A stretch of 50,410 nt of DNA from an uncultured archaeon (GTDB taxonomy: Archaea; Asgardarchaeota; Lokiarchaeia; Sigyniarchaeales; SOKP01). Positions 1-8,062 of the stretch are shown here, piece by piece. Location of the stretch: the NCBI GenBank assembly GCA_964632315.1, contig CAZWEM010000035.1:1-50410 (forward strand), written 5' to 3'. The first letter of the stretch is position 1, and each line of letters opens with the position of its first letter. The notes under the pieces are model-generated. The model had not been told where the DNA came from. It worked only from the letters and a program-made list of their open reading frames with translations, and made no database searches. Both the position numbers and the translations under genes were made by a program.

Positions 1-95
1 ATATTTCAATTTAATAATGATTTGTTTTAAAATTTAATTATTAATATAACAGAGTACTCTAATAAAAAAATTTTTATGTTTTTATGCTTTTTGAC

Positions 96-102
96 TTTAT
101 AA
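96..102 (+). promoter_or_regulatory. Possible TATA box for tRNA-Ile gene
   Basis: TTTATAA about 50 nt upstream of the mature tRNA 5' end; weak evidence in AT-rich DNA. Confidence 0.3.
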
Positions 103-189
103 GGTATTTCATGTAATTGAATAGTAAGAGAGTTCCCAACACCTTCAAAGGGCCATTTGCTTAGCCTGGTTAAAGCGCAGGTCTTATAA

Positions 190-240
190 GTGACCCACAA
201 TCATACAGAACATTAAACTTTATTGATTGTGACAGTAAAA
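190..240 (+). other. tRNA intron 1 (51 nt, non-canonical position 38/39)
   Basis: BHB: central helix TTAT(184-187)/GTAA(235-238), bulges AA|G and AA|A; internal hairpin CACAATCA/TGATTGTG. Confidence 0.8.
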
Positions 241-247
241 ACCTGAG

Positions 248-276
248 AGCCTAACAGATTTCCTTAAGGCATGGAA
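248..276 (+). other. tRNA intron 2 (29 nt, variable loop, 45/46)
   Basis: Bulges AG|A and AA|A flank a GCCT/AGGC helix; central helix CCTG/ATGG is imperfect (relaxed BHB); removal gives AG|ATC variable loop. Confidence 0.65.
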
Positions 277-360
277 ATCCGGGGTTCAAATCCCCGATGG
301 CCCATTTATTTTTTTCTAAAACAATCTAAAAATTATCGAAATAACAAAGAAATTTGCAAG

Positions 361-1047
361 TTATTTATCCAAATGAGTTGTGATTAAATTTAATATCCAT
401 TTTTTAATTTGCATTAAATTTTTAACTAATCCTGATACAAGATCGTCTGGAAAATTTTTTTCTTGATCTAATAACTGAACTCTCGTCATCCATTTATTTA
501 AAGCTAACTGTACTAAACTAGCTCCTTCCGCCTCCATAAACAAAGGGACAACCGCAGCACTCTCCCTAGCATCTCCAATGGCAAAATAAATCTTCCTATT
601 TTGTCCTTTAAGCATAATATAATTCATGCATTCATCTAGCTTTCTTTCTACTAAAATCATCTTTAAAACTTGCGATTTAAAGTCCTTCTCTTTTGCTAAA
701 AAAGATGCTTTTCTTCTGCTTAGTTTAGGCTGTATTTCTGTAATCAATTTATCTCCAGTAGTATCTTTTGGATAAAATTTCTTAAGAATAATCATATCAT
801 CTGAAGTTTCTAAAGTTGTAAATTTCTTACTATTTGAATACATTATCGCTTGAGAACCACTTTTATCTTCAGTAGGAGATAATTTAATCGAAATAGTTCT
901 ATTTGTCAATGAATTACACGTGTGATAGGCTAGTTCAAAAAGTTCTTTTGAGGTTAAAGGTTCGTACGGTAATTTAAACTCTTTAAATTCCCATTGCGTA
1001 GAAATTACACTATTAAATTGATTTAAAAGCCGATTTTCCATGCTCAC
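361..1047 (-). CDS. Hypothetical protein (228 aa)
   Basis: Long ORF with natural composition, downstream of and co-oriented with SepSecS; no recognised motif. Confidence 0.75.
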   Translation of the reverse strand: MSMENRLLNQFNSVISTQWEFKEFKLPYEPLTSKELFELAYHTCNSLTNRTISIKLSPTEDKSGSQAIMYSNSKKFTTLETSDDMIILKKFYPKDTTGDKLITEIQPKLSRRKASFLAKEKDFKSQVLKMILVERKLDECMNYIMLKGQNRKIYFAIGDARESAAVVPLFMEAEGASLVQLALNKWMTRVQLLDQEKNFPDDLVSGLVKNLMQIKKWILNLITTHLDK

Positions 1048-1138
1048 AAAAACCGTTTATTTTATATTAATATTGTTGTTTTTATTTTTATTTTTTTTCA
1101 ATATTCTTTAATCAATTTCAATGATCTAAATAAAAGAT

Positions 1139-2515
1139 TTACTTTTCAGTAATTTGTTGGTAAGCCTTTTCAAATCGATCTACTGCGGTTATAATATCCT
1201 CTCTGGTTGCCCCAATCGCAGCATTCATAACAATATATGGAGTTTTATAAGAATTGGTACACGTTCCGAACATTCTTGCTGAGGGATCATAAACCCTTGG
1301 TCCTGTGACTCTTAAGTTATATAGGGCACCTCCTAAAGCAAATAATTGTTCCTTTTTTAGCGAGTTTAAAGAAATTGCCACTGCAACTGGATTAAATATC
1401 TTAAGCACCCTCTCATTTATTTTTGAAGCAATTAGGGATAGCTTTTCTTCTAAAAGTATGCGATTTTGTTGTTGTTCTTTAAGAAGACTTTGATACCCCT
1501 CCACACCTAATGAAAGAATAGATATTAGAAAATCAACAATGGGGGAGGCAGAAGCTCTTCCTGCATATGCTTGACTTATTCTTTTTATCGATTCTTTATT
1601 CTTTGAAGCTAAAATTGCCCCACCTACTGGAGTCAATACATTCTTATCTGTTGATTGTATTATTGCATCCACTCGACCTGCATCTATTGCTGATCTGATT
1701 AGTTTCATCCATTCAGGGCTCTGTACTCCATAAGCATTAATAATAATGTGAACTAGATTATTTTGTTCTGCGATCTTGCTTATTTCTTTCACATCATCAT
1801 TTTCTCTAGGAGGGAAGAAACTTGTAAATGATAATATGGCATAACAGGTATCATCGATGGAATTTTTTATTTCTTCTATCGGAATTCGAACGGCATCCCC
1901 ATAAATTTTTCCTGGGACTATTTTTTTAGCTACTCCTACTAAATCGAGACTTTTTAATATTGAATTATGATCTAATTGGGGAATGATAACAACTCTCTTC
2001 TTAATGAGGGTCTCATCACTCCAATCTGGGCGTAGAGCTGCTAAAGCTAAAGCTAAAGTCATTCCAGTACATAAAGGAACTACAATTGCTCCCTTAATAT
2101 TCGGTAATCCAAATTTTCTTAAGAAATCACGTGCTAAGTAATTCACTAACTCATACATTATAGATCCCCCTGGAGCTTTAGGTTGAGGAGCAGTCAGAAA
2201 TCCACTTCTACCTATTCCATGACAAAATCCTCCTGACGTTTTTAGATGTAATTTTGATGCGATTCTAGCTTCTCGTTCTCCCACTCGTGATGCAGAATCA
2301 TCTTTATCTGTATCCATACTTGACAAACCTTGTAGCAAGAATTCAATTTGGGCATCACTCCAAGGTTTTTGAGGTACCGCTTTTTGTTCAAATAGGACTT
2401 TCAGTGGATTCAAAAAATTATTTAAGACTAATTGTCCACGCTTCAACATATTTTGGGGAATATCACTATTAGAAAAGTAGTCAATAATATTGCTGAAATC
2501 AACCATTTTGATCAC
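1139..2515 (-). CDS. spcS: O-phosphoseryl-tRNA(Sec) selenium transferase (SepSecS)
   Basis: RVGEREAR, HGIGRSG..APQPKAPG, INAYG, PLP-lysine QSTDKN..PVGG, YAGRAS motifs; directly downstream of tRNA-Sec. Confidence 0.96.
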   Translation of the reverse strand: MIKMVDFSNIIDYFSNSDIPQNMLKRGQLVLNNFLNPLKVLFEQKAVPQKPWSDAQIEFLLQGLSSMDTDKDDSASRVGEREARIASKLHLKTSGGFCHGIGRSGFLTAPQPKAPGGSIMYELVNYLARDFLRKFGLPNIKGAIVVPLCTGMTLALALAALRPDWSDETLIKKRVVIIPQLDHNSILKSLDLVGVAKKIVPGKIYGDAVRIPIEEIKNSIDDTCYAILSFTSFFPPRENDDVKEISKIAEQNNLVHIIINAYGVQSPEWMKLIRSAIDAGRVDAIIQSTDKNVLTPVGGAILASKNKESIKRISQAYAGRASASPIVDFLISILSLGVEGYQSLLKEQQQNRILLEEKLSLIASKINERVLKIFNPVAVAISLNSLKKEQLFALGGALYNLRVTGPRVYDPSARMFGTCTNSYKTPYIVMNAAIGATREDIITAVDRFEKAYQQITEK

Positions 2516-2537
2516 GTTTACAACGAATAGACTAATT

Positions 2538-2630
2538 TGGCGGCCCTCGAGGGGAATCGAACCCCTATCCCTCCGCGGGATAACTAGGTTTGAAGCCTAG
2601 CGTCAGAGACCACTCCAACCGTCAAGGGCC
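2538..2630 (-). tRNA. selC: tRNA-Sec(UCA), 9/4 fold, CCA encoded
   Basis: Reverse complement: 9-bp acceptor GGCCCTTGA/TCGAGGGCC, G73+CCA; 7-bp D-stem GTTGGAG-TGGT-CTCTGAC; anticodon arm GCTAGG-CTTCAAA-CCTAGT; long variable arm TATCCC-GCGGA-GGGATA; 4-bp T-stem GGGG-TTCGATT-CCCC. Confidence 0.97.
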
Positions 2631-2783
2631 AATATTAGATTAATTTAAAAAAATCTACTAATAGTTATTATTTTCAATTTTAAAAGAATTTTATGATTAA
2701 TATAGATAGTATTTTATAATCAATAAAAGGAAAAGAGATATTCTATAATGAATCTTCCATCCTAATGAAGTTAATATTTAATT

Positions 2784-3461
2784 TTATTTTACTATTTTAT
2801 CTTTGATATCTTCACATCTAACTCTTCTACAATTGGGATTCATTAAACCTAAACCATATACAGTGTCAATAAAATTCACAATAATATGTGATGTTGCGCC
2901 AAAGATTACGTATTTTCTTCCTAAAGAAGATATATAGCTAAACTTTCCGACCCCTATTAAAACTTTTTTTAAATAATAAGTACGTTCTCTATAATTCTTC
3001 TTATTAGCAAAAAAAGTAATAGGAATTTCAACAATCTCACTTACTTCCTCATCTTCCTTGTTCATAACTTGGTTTTCATTTATGTACCCAACGAATGGTG
3101 TAATAATAAATCCTTTTGGGGTTAGATGGTCATCAATGCAACCAATAATCTTAACATTCTCTTTTTTTATTGCTAACTCTTCTTCTAATTCTCTCAAAGC
3201 TGTATCAAGATAGTCATTATCAATTTCTGGATCAAATTTTCCACCTGGAAAAGACATTTCGCCAGAATGCTTGTCATTTTTATTTTTAGTTCGTCGAATC
3301 ATGACCAAATCATATGGTCTATTATTATGCGGAAGAATTAAAAACAGCACGGCAGAATTTATGAAATATTCATGTTTCATCGATAATCTAGATGGGGAAT
3401 TATACCTTTTCAAACGCGATTGTATCAAAATCGGGTCAAAAATAAATTTTTTTTCACTCAT
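2784..3461 (-). CDS. Nudix CoA pyrophosphatase (NUDT7/8-like), paralog 2
   Basis: R..HSGEMSFPGGK, TALRELEEEL Nudix box, IFGAT. Confidence 0.92.
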   Translation of the reverse strand: MSEKKFIFDPILIQSRLKRYNSPSRLSMKHEYFINSAVLFLILPHNNRPYDLVMIRRTKNKNDKHSGEMSFPGGKFDPEIDNDYLDTALRELEEELAIKKENVKIIGCIDDHLTPKGFIITPFVGYINENQVMNKEDEEVSEIVEIPITFFANKKNYRERTYYLKKVLIGVGKFSYISSLGRKYVIFGATSHIIVNFIDTVYGLGLMNPNCRRVRCEDIKDKIVK

Positions 3462-3466
3462 GACAA

Positions 3467-4177
3467 TCAGAAATTTTTCGTGATTTGATCCCTATATTTT
3501 ATATACTCCTTTAAATCCTTAATTTTCTCTAATCTGAATCGTTTTAAACCTAATTCAGAAAGAGTGAATCCATAGACTTTTTCTATAAAATTGACAATCA
3601 TGTAGGCAGTTGCACCCCAAACAGTATATCGCTTTTTATTAATCTTATCTTCATAATTGAAATAAAAGACTGGAAATTTATTGCCATCAATATCTACTGC
3701 TTGTTCTCTAAACTTTAGTCTATTAGTAAAGAAATTAATAGGAATCTTTAAAATTCTTTGAACTTCTGTTTCTTGTCTAATCAATTTTTGCTGTTTTTTA
3801 ATAATCCCAATGAATGGAGTAATAATATATTTTGTCATCGTGGGAAAATCATCTAAACAGCCTATAATTCTGACATCTTCCCTTAAAACACCAATTTCTT
3901 CCTGTGCCTCTCTAAGTGCGGTATCTTGAAGTGATTTATCACTTAAAGGCTCAAATTTTCCTCCAGGAAAAGACATTTCTCCTCTATGTCGACTTCCTCT
4001 ATTAGATCGGTGAATTAAAACTAAATCATATGGTTTGTTATTATAAGGGATAATTGTAAAAAGTATTGCAGAACTTGTAAAATAATCATCCTTTAATGAA
4101 ATCCGAGTGTTAGAATCACAGGGTATAAGATTTTGCGTGATTAAGGTTTCATCATAAAGGAATTTAGTAGGTTTCAT
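3467..4177 (-). CDS. Nudix CoA pyrophosphatase (NUDT7/8-like), paralog 1
   Basis: RHRGEMSFPGGK, TALREAQEEIG, VWGATA. Confidence 0.93.
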   Translation of the reverse strand: MKPTKFLYDETLITQNLIPCDSNTRISLKDDYFTSSAILFTIIPYNNKPYDLVLIHRSNRGSRHRGEMSFPGGKFEPLSDKSLQDTALREAQEEIGVLREDVRIIGCLDDFPTMTKYIITPFIGIIKKQQKLIRQETEVQRILKIPINFFTNRLKFREQAVDIDGNKFPVFYFNYEDKINKKRYTVWGATAYMIVNFIEKVYGFTLSELGLKRFRLEKIKDLKEYIKYRDQITKNF

Positions 4178-4262
4178 AAAATGTATGATAAAATTTTAAG
4201 ATGGTAATTAATTAAATTTCATAATATTCATTTCTAATAAAATTTTTAGTAAGTGAAAATGA

Positions 4263-4565
4263 ATGAAACTTCCTAAGGAACTAAGAGAAAAAGAGGATCT
4301 AAAGGGTGCTAGCAGTAAGAATAAAAAATGCAGCATTAAAGGATGTAATGAAGTTGCCATAAGATCATTATCTGAAAATAAATGGAAGAAATATGTTGAT
4401 AATGCAGATTTAAATTATATTGAAAATAGGCAACATAAGATCTATTTATGTAAAAACCATTATAGAGATGTAAACAAATATAGAAAATCGCAAGAAAAGT
4501 TTTATCTTAAAAAGGGTTTCTTAGATGATGATGTTTCTCAAGGAAAGGTAAAAAGGTATGATTAA
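4263..4565 (+). CDS. Small basic Zn-finger-like hypothetical protein
   Basis: CSIKGC...LCKNHY (C-x4-C ... C-x2-H). Confidence 0.7.
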   Translation: MKLPKELREKEDLKGASSKNKKCSIKGCNEVAIRSLSENKWKKYVDNADLNYIENRQHKIYLCKNHYRDVNKYRKSQEKFYLKKGFLDDDVSQGKVKRYD

Positions 4566-4691
4566 TCAAGGAATAGAAGCCATTTGGGTATAAATTGAAG
4601 GATACTGTAAAAATTCTGTTCCTACTATTCCTAATGTGAGTAAAGATAAAGCAATCAAAAATATAATGACTCCTATTATTTTTTTCCTCAT
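4566..4691 (-). CDS. Small single-TM/secreted peptide (41 aa), not in ORF track
   Basis: MRKKIIGVIIFLIALSLLTLGIVGTEFLQYPSIYTQMASIP*: basic N-terminus plus hydrophobic stretch; fills the gap without overlapping neighbours. Confidence 0.55.
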   Translation of the reverse strand: MRKKIIGVIIFLIALSLLTLGIVGTEFLQYPSIYTQMASIP

Positions 4692-4741
4692 TATAATCAT
4701 TAGAGTAAATTAATTTATCAAAATAAAATTTTGTTTTCAAG

Positions 4742-5608
4742 TTACTTGACAAGTTTTTCTAAAGTCTTAATTTTCACATCAATCTTTTTTAATCTTGTCT
4801 CAAAATCTTTTTCTTTAGCTTTAAAATCTTGTTCAGTTAATTCTTTAGCATGAAATCTTCCATCATTGAGATTTTTCTCGGAATTAATTTCTGCTTTTTC
4901 CAGTTTTAGCTCTTTTATCCACAATTTCATTCCAGATGTCAAATTCTCCCGTTCTTCTTCCAGACTTTCTTTTTCTTCTTTATATTTATCCCTTAATTTC
5001 TCAAATGAATCCTTATCTACTTTATGCAACTTATGTTCTTTCGTTAAATTTTTTAACTGGAAGATCTTTGTATCAATATCACTTTGAATCCTCTGAACTA
5101 TGAAGGGCTCCTCCATCTTTCCTTTAATTTCAATTTCTTTAGCCTTTAATTCATTTATTAAAGTTTTTATTGCATCTAACTTGACATTAATTGTGTTTTT
5201 ATATTGTTCATCATACTCATATTTTGGATCTTTTAGGGACTTCTGCAATTCTTTTAATTTATCAATTAAGAGTTCTTTATTTAGCTGAATATCATTATAT
5301 TCGATATATAATATCATCTGTTCTTTGACCTCATATGGAAGTGGTTTTTCGACGATCTCATCCTTTTTTTTCTTTTTTGATTTCTTTACTGATTCTAACT
5401 CTTCCTCCTCCATATCACTATCTTCATCTGTAAATTCAATTATTCTTTCTTCTTTTGGGGTAATTTTAGGACGTAAAGGTTCTTGAGACTCTCGCCTTTT
5501 AGTTTCTGGAATGTCTCTTAAGACAGGTTTTCCACATATGATACAGAATTTATCAGTTTCCTTCAATGGATTTCCACAGTACACACAATATTTAGGCATA
5601 ATTTTCAC
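4742..5608 (-). CDS. Zinc-ribbon + coiled-coil protein
   Basis: N-terminal CVYCG...FCIICG; long charged helical C-terminus. Confidence 0.8.
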   Translation of the reverse strand: MKIMPKYCVYCGNPLKETDKFCIICGKPVLRDIPETKRRESQEPLRPKITPKEERIIEFTDEDSDMEEEELESVKKSKKKKKDEIVEKPLPYEVKEQMILYIEYNDIQLNKELLIDKLKELQKSLKDPKYEYDEQYKNTINVKLDAIKTLINELKAKEIEIKGKMEEPFIVQRIQSDIDTKIFQLKNLTKEHKLHKVDKDSFEKLRDKYKEEKESLEEERENLTSGMKLWIKELKLEKAEINSEKNLNDGRFHAKELTEQDFKAKEKDFETRLKKIDVKIKTLEKLVK

Positions 5609-5722
5609 TATATTATTATATGATTTAATCTAAACTACTATAACTTAAATTAAAATCCATTGAATTAAATTTTATTGGAGTCCAATATTTAAAGTAATGC
5701 TAATGAAAAGGTTATTTGATTC

Positions 5723-7171
5723 ATGCAAGAGATTAAAAAAAAGATCCCAATACATATTGGATTATTTGGACACATAGATAGTGGTAAAACCGCGATTGCT
5801 GAAAACTTAAGTGAAGTAATTTCTACGGCTGGTATTGATGCTCATCCTCAAAGTAAGGAGCGTGGAATTACAATTGATTTAGGATTTACTAGTTTTATTA
5901 TTGATGACTATATCATTACATTGGTAGATGGTCCAGGTCACGCGGACTTGATTAAAATAAGTGCTTCTTCAGTTGAAATTATAGATTTAGCATTAATCGT
6001 TATAGATATCAATAAAGGACCACAAGTTCAGACTGGTGAACATATTATCATGATAGAGGCTCTAGGAGTTAAAGATATTATAGTGGCTTTAAACAAAATC
6101 GATCTATTTAAAGGAGATCTTCAAAAAGAAATACTAAAAATTAGAGATTTTTTCAGTTCTACGTCTTATGATGCCAATATTCCAATTTATCCCGTATCAG
6201 CAAAAGAGAAGAACGGCTTTGAAGAGCTAAAAACTGGACTTTTAAAAAAAATAAAACAACTAAATGTAGAGAGGGATACTGAAGGAAGTGTTATATTTCC
6301 TATTGATCATCATTTCTCGATAAAGGGTAGAGGTACAATAATCACAGGAACTCTTATAAAAGGTAAATTAAACGTAAATCAAGAATTGCACATTTTACCT
6401 ATAAATGAAAATGGAAGGATTAAGTCCATGCAAATGTTCCATCAAGATGTTTCTACAGCAATGGCGGGAGATCGACTTGGGATCAACGTTAAAGGGGTAA
6501 ATGTAAATAAGATTTATCGTGGATGTTATGCTACAGATAATATAAATAACTTTGAATATTGGGATTTAATCGAAGTACATGTCAAAAAAAGTAGTTTGTT
6601 CAAACCAGAAATCAATTTTGGCAGCCAAGTTCATGTGACAATCGGAATGTTTACTACGGCTGGATATATTTATCCATTCAAGGAAATTAATGAAAAAAAA
6701 GTACAATTAAATACAGTTAAAAAGGATGAATCTTTCAAAGCTTTCTTGTGGCTAAATGAGAAAATTTTAATAGGCAGAGAAAAGACATTCATTCTATTGA
6801 GTAGGTTAGACCTACCTCCCACCACATTAAGAATTATTGGAGCTGCTGAATTAAAATCAATTGTTAAATCACCACCTGAATTGCACAAGTATAAAATTAA
6901 GAAAGGATTCATTCAGAATCCAAATCATCCTCAAGGAATTGTGTGTGCAGGTCTAGCTCAAAGTTTAAATGGAGCTAAAAAAATTATTGGAAAAAAATTA
7001 GAAGCTCCCTTTACTAAGATTTTAAGTACTTTTGGGACAAAAGGCTTGATTATCGTGGGAATAGATCCATCTGTTAAAAAAAGTCTCTTGAAAAAAGGAG
7101 AAACTGTTATATTAAAGGAGTTGAGAAGTTTTACTCTGAAATCTAAAAAAGATTTAAATGTTCAAACTTAA
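5723..7171 (+). CDS. selB: Selenocysteine-specific elongation factor SelB/EFSec
   Basis: GHIDSGKT, PQSKERGITIDLGF, DGPGHADL, NKID, DHHFSIKGRGTIITGT, RLDLPPTTLRI, C-terminal FGTKG domain IV; near tRNA-Sec and SepSecS. Confidence 0.94.
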   Translation: MQEIKKKIPIHIGLFGHIDSGKTAIAENLSEVISTAGIDAHPQSKERGITIDLGFTSFIIDDYIITLVDGPGHADLIKISASSVEIIDLALIVIDINKGPQVQTGEHIIMIEALGVKDIIVALNKIDLFKGDLQKEILKIRDFFSSTSYDANIPIYPVSAKEKNGFEELKTGLLKKIKQLNVERDTEGSVIFPIDHHFSIKGRGTIITGTLIKGKLNVNQELHILPINENGRIKSMQMFHQDVSTAMAGDRLGINVKGVNVNKIYRGCYATDNINNFEYWDLIEVHVKKSSLFKPEINFGSQVHVTIGMFTTAGYIYPFKEINEKKVQLNTVKKDESFKAFLWLNEKILIGREKTFILLSRLDLPPTTLRIIGAAELKSIVKSPPELHKYKIKKGFIQNPNHPQGIVCAGLAQSLNGAKKIIGKKLEAPFTKILSTFGTKGLIIVGIDPSVKKSLLKKGETVILKELRSFTLKSKKDLNVQT

Positions 7172-7198
7172 TTATTATTATTAAGTGAGGTAATCAAA

Positions 7199-7639
7199 TT
7201 GGAAAATTATCCTTTACCTGAGATGAATATCGATCAAGAAATACTCGCAGATCTAATGCGAAAATTAGAAAACTTAGAAAGTTCAACAGATTTAGAAGGA
7301 ACCGCTTTAGTTTCAAAAACAGGGTTAAGAATAGCAAGTTCAGAGACTGCTGATATAGTTGCGGATATTTATAGTGCAAGTCCTGCGACATTAATCTCAT
7401 TAGGCGAAAAAATCAGTCATGGTTTGGGTCAAGGAGAGCTTCAAGAAATTGTTATCAGAGGTGTTAAAGGATATACCATTATTTTAGTTGGATCTTCAGA
7501 TAATGATTTCATGTTATTTACTAACTGTAAAAAGGGGTATAAGTTAGGATATTACTTTCATAAGATCAGAAAAGCATTCAAAGAAATGGAACCAACTTTA
7601 AAACAGATCGATAGCCAGCAAATTCCCGGGAGATATTAA
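7199..7639 (+). CDS. Roadblock/LC7 domain protein
   Basis: EGTALVSKTGLRIAS...ATLISLGEKI...LQEIVIRGVKGYTII; TTG start with GAGGT SD. Confidence 0.88.
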   Translation: MENYPLPEMNIDQEILADLMRKLENLESSTDLEGTALVSKTGLRIASSETADIVADIYSASPATLISLGEKISHGLGQGELQEIVIRGVKGYTIILVGSSDNDFMLFTNCKKGYKLGYYFHKIRKAFKEMEPTLKQIDSQQIPGRY

Positions 7640-8019
7640 ACTCTAGTCCAATTTATTGAATCTCCATTCTCTAATGGATATAAATTTGAAGCGTCGCCCG
7701 GAAAATAATTATTAACATAGTAAATCCAACTTCCTTCAATTCCATCTATTTTCCTAATAAAAAACGCTCTTCCAGAAATAGTGTATTGAATGATACACCA
7801 TTTTGCTAATGCATCAAAAGCAGTCGTCTTTCCTCCATCCAATGTAAAATTTTCTCTAATTTTTATCGATCCATTGTTATAATCGACATATAAATTTAAT
7901 CCCTCTACTCTTTCAAGCGTAGGAGGTGTTTGTTTCAAACTAAAATATATGATTGTGAGAGTAGTAAATGACATTATCCCAATTAACGCAATTATTATAA
8001 ACTTAAACTTTTTTCTCAT
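7636..8019 (-). CDS. DUF4430 (transcobalamin C-terminal-like) membrane-anchored protein
   Basis: N-terminal TM; TAFDAL, FIRKIDG, WIYYVN, LENGDSINW. Confidence 0.8.
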   Translation of the reverse strand: MRKKFKFIIIALIGIMSFTTLTIIYFSLKQTPPTLERVEGLNLYVDYNNGSIKIRENFTLDGGKTTAFDALAKWCIIQYTISGRAFFIRKIDGIEGSWIYYVNNYFPGDASNLYPLENGDSINWTRV

Positions 8020-8062
8020 CCCTAATCCTTAAAAGAAAAATAATTAAAAAAAATTAGTAAGA

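Larger units (their letters stand above)
150..304 (+). tRNA. tRNA-Ile(UAU) with two introns (190-240 at 38/39; ~248-276 at 45/46)
   Basis: Acceptor GGGCCAT/ATGGCCC+A73; D-arm GCTT-AGCCTGGTTA-AAGC; anticodon stem CAGGT/ACCTG with loop CT-TAT-AA; T-arm CGGGG-TTCAAAT-CCCCG; removing both insertions gives a normal cloverleaf with variable loop AGATC; T-run downstream. Confidence 0.9.

Noticed and set aside
4507-4752. 81-aa ORF-track call
   Set aside because: Overlaps both neighbours; the 41-aa ORF in another frame is more plausible.
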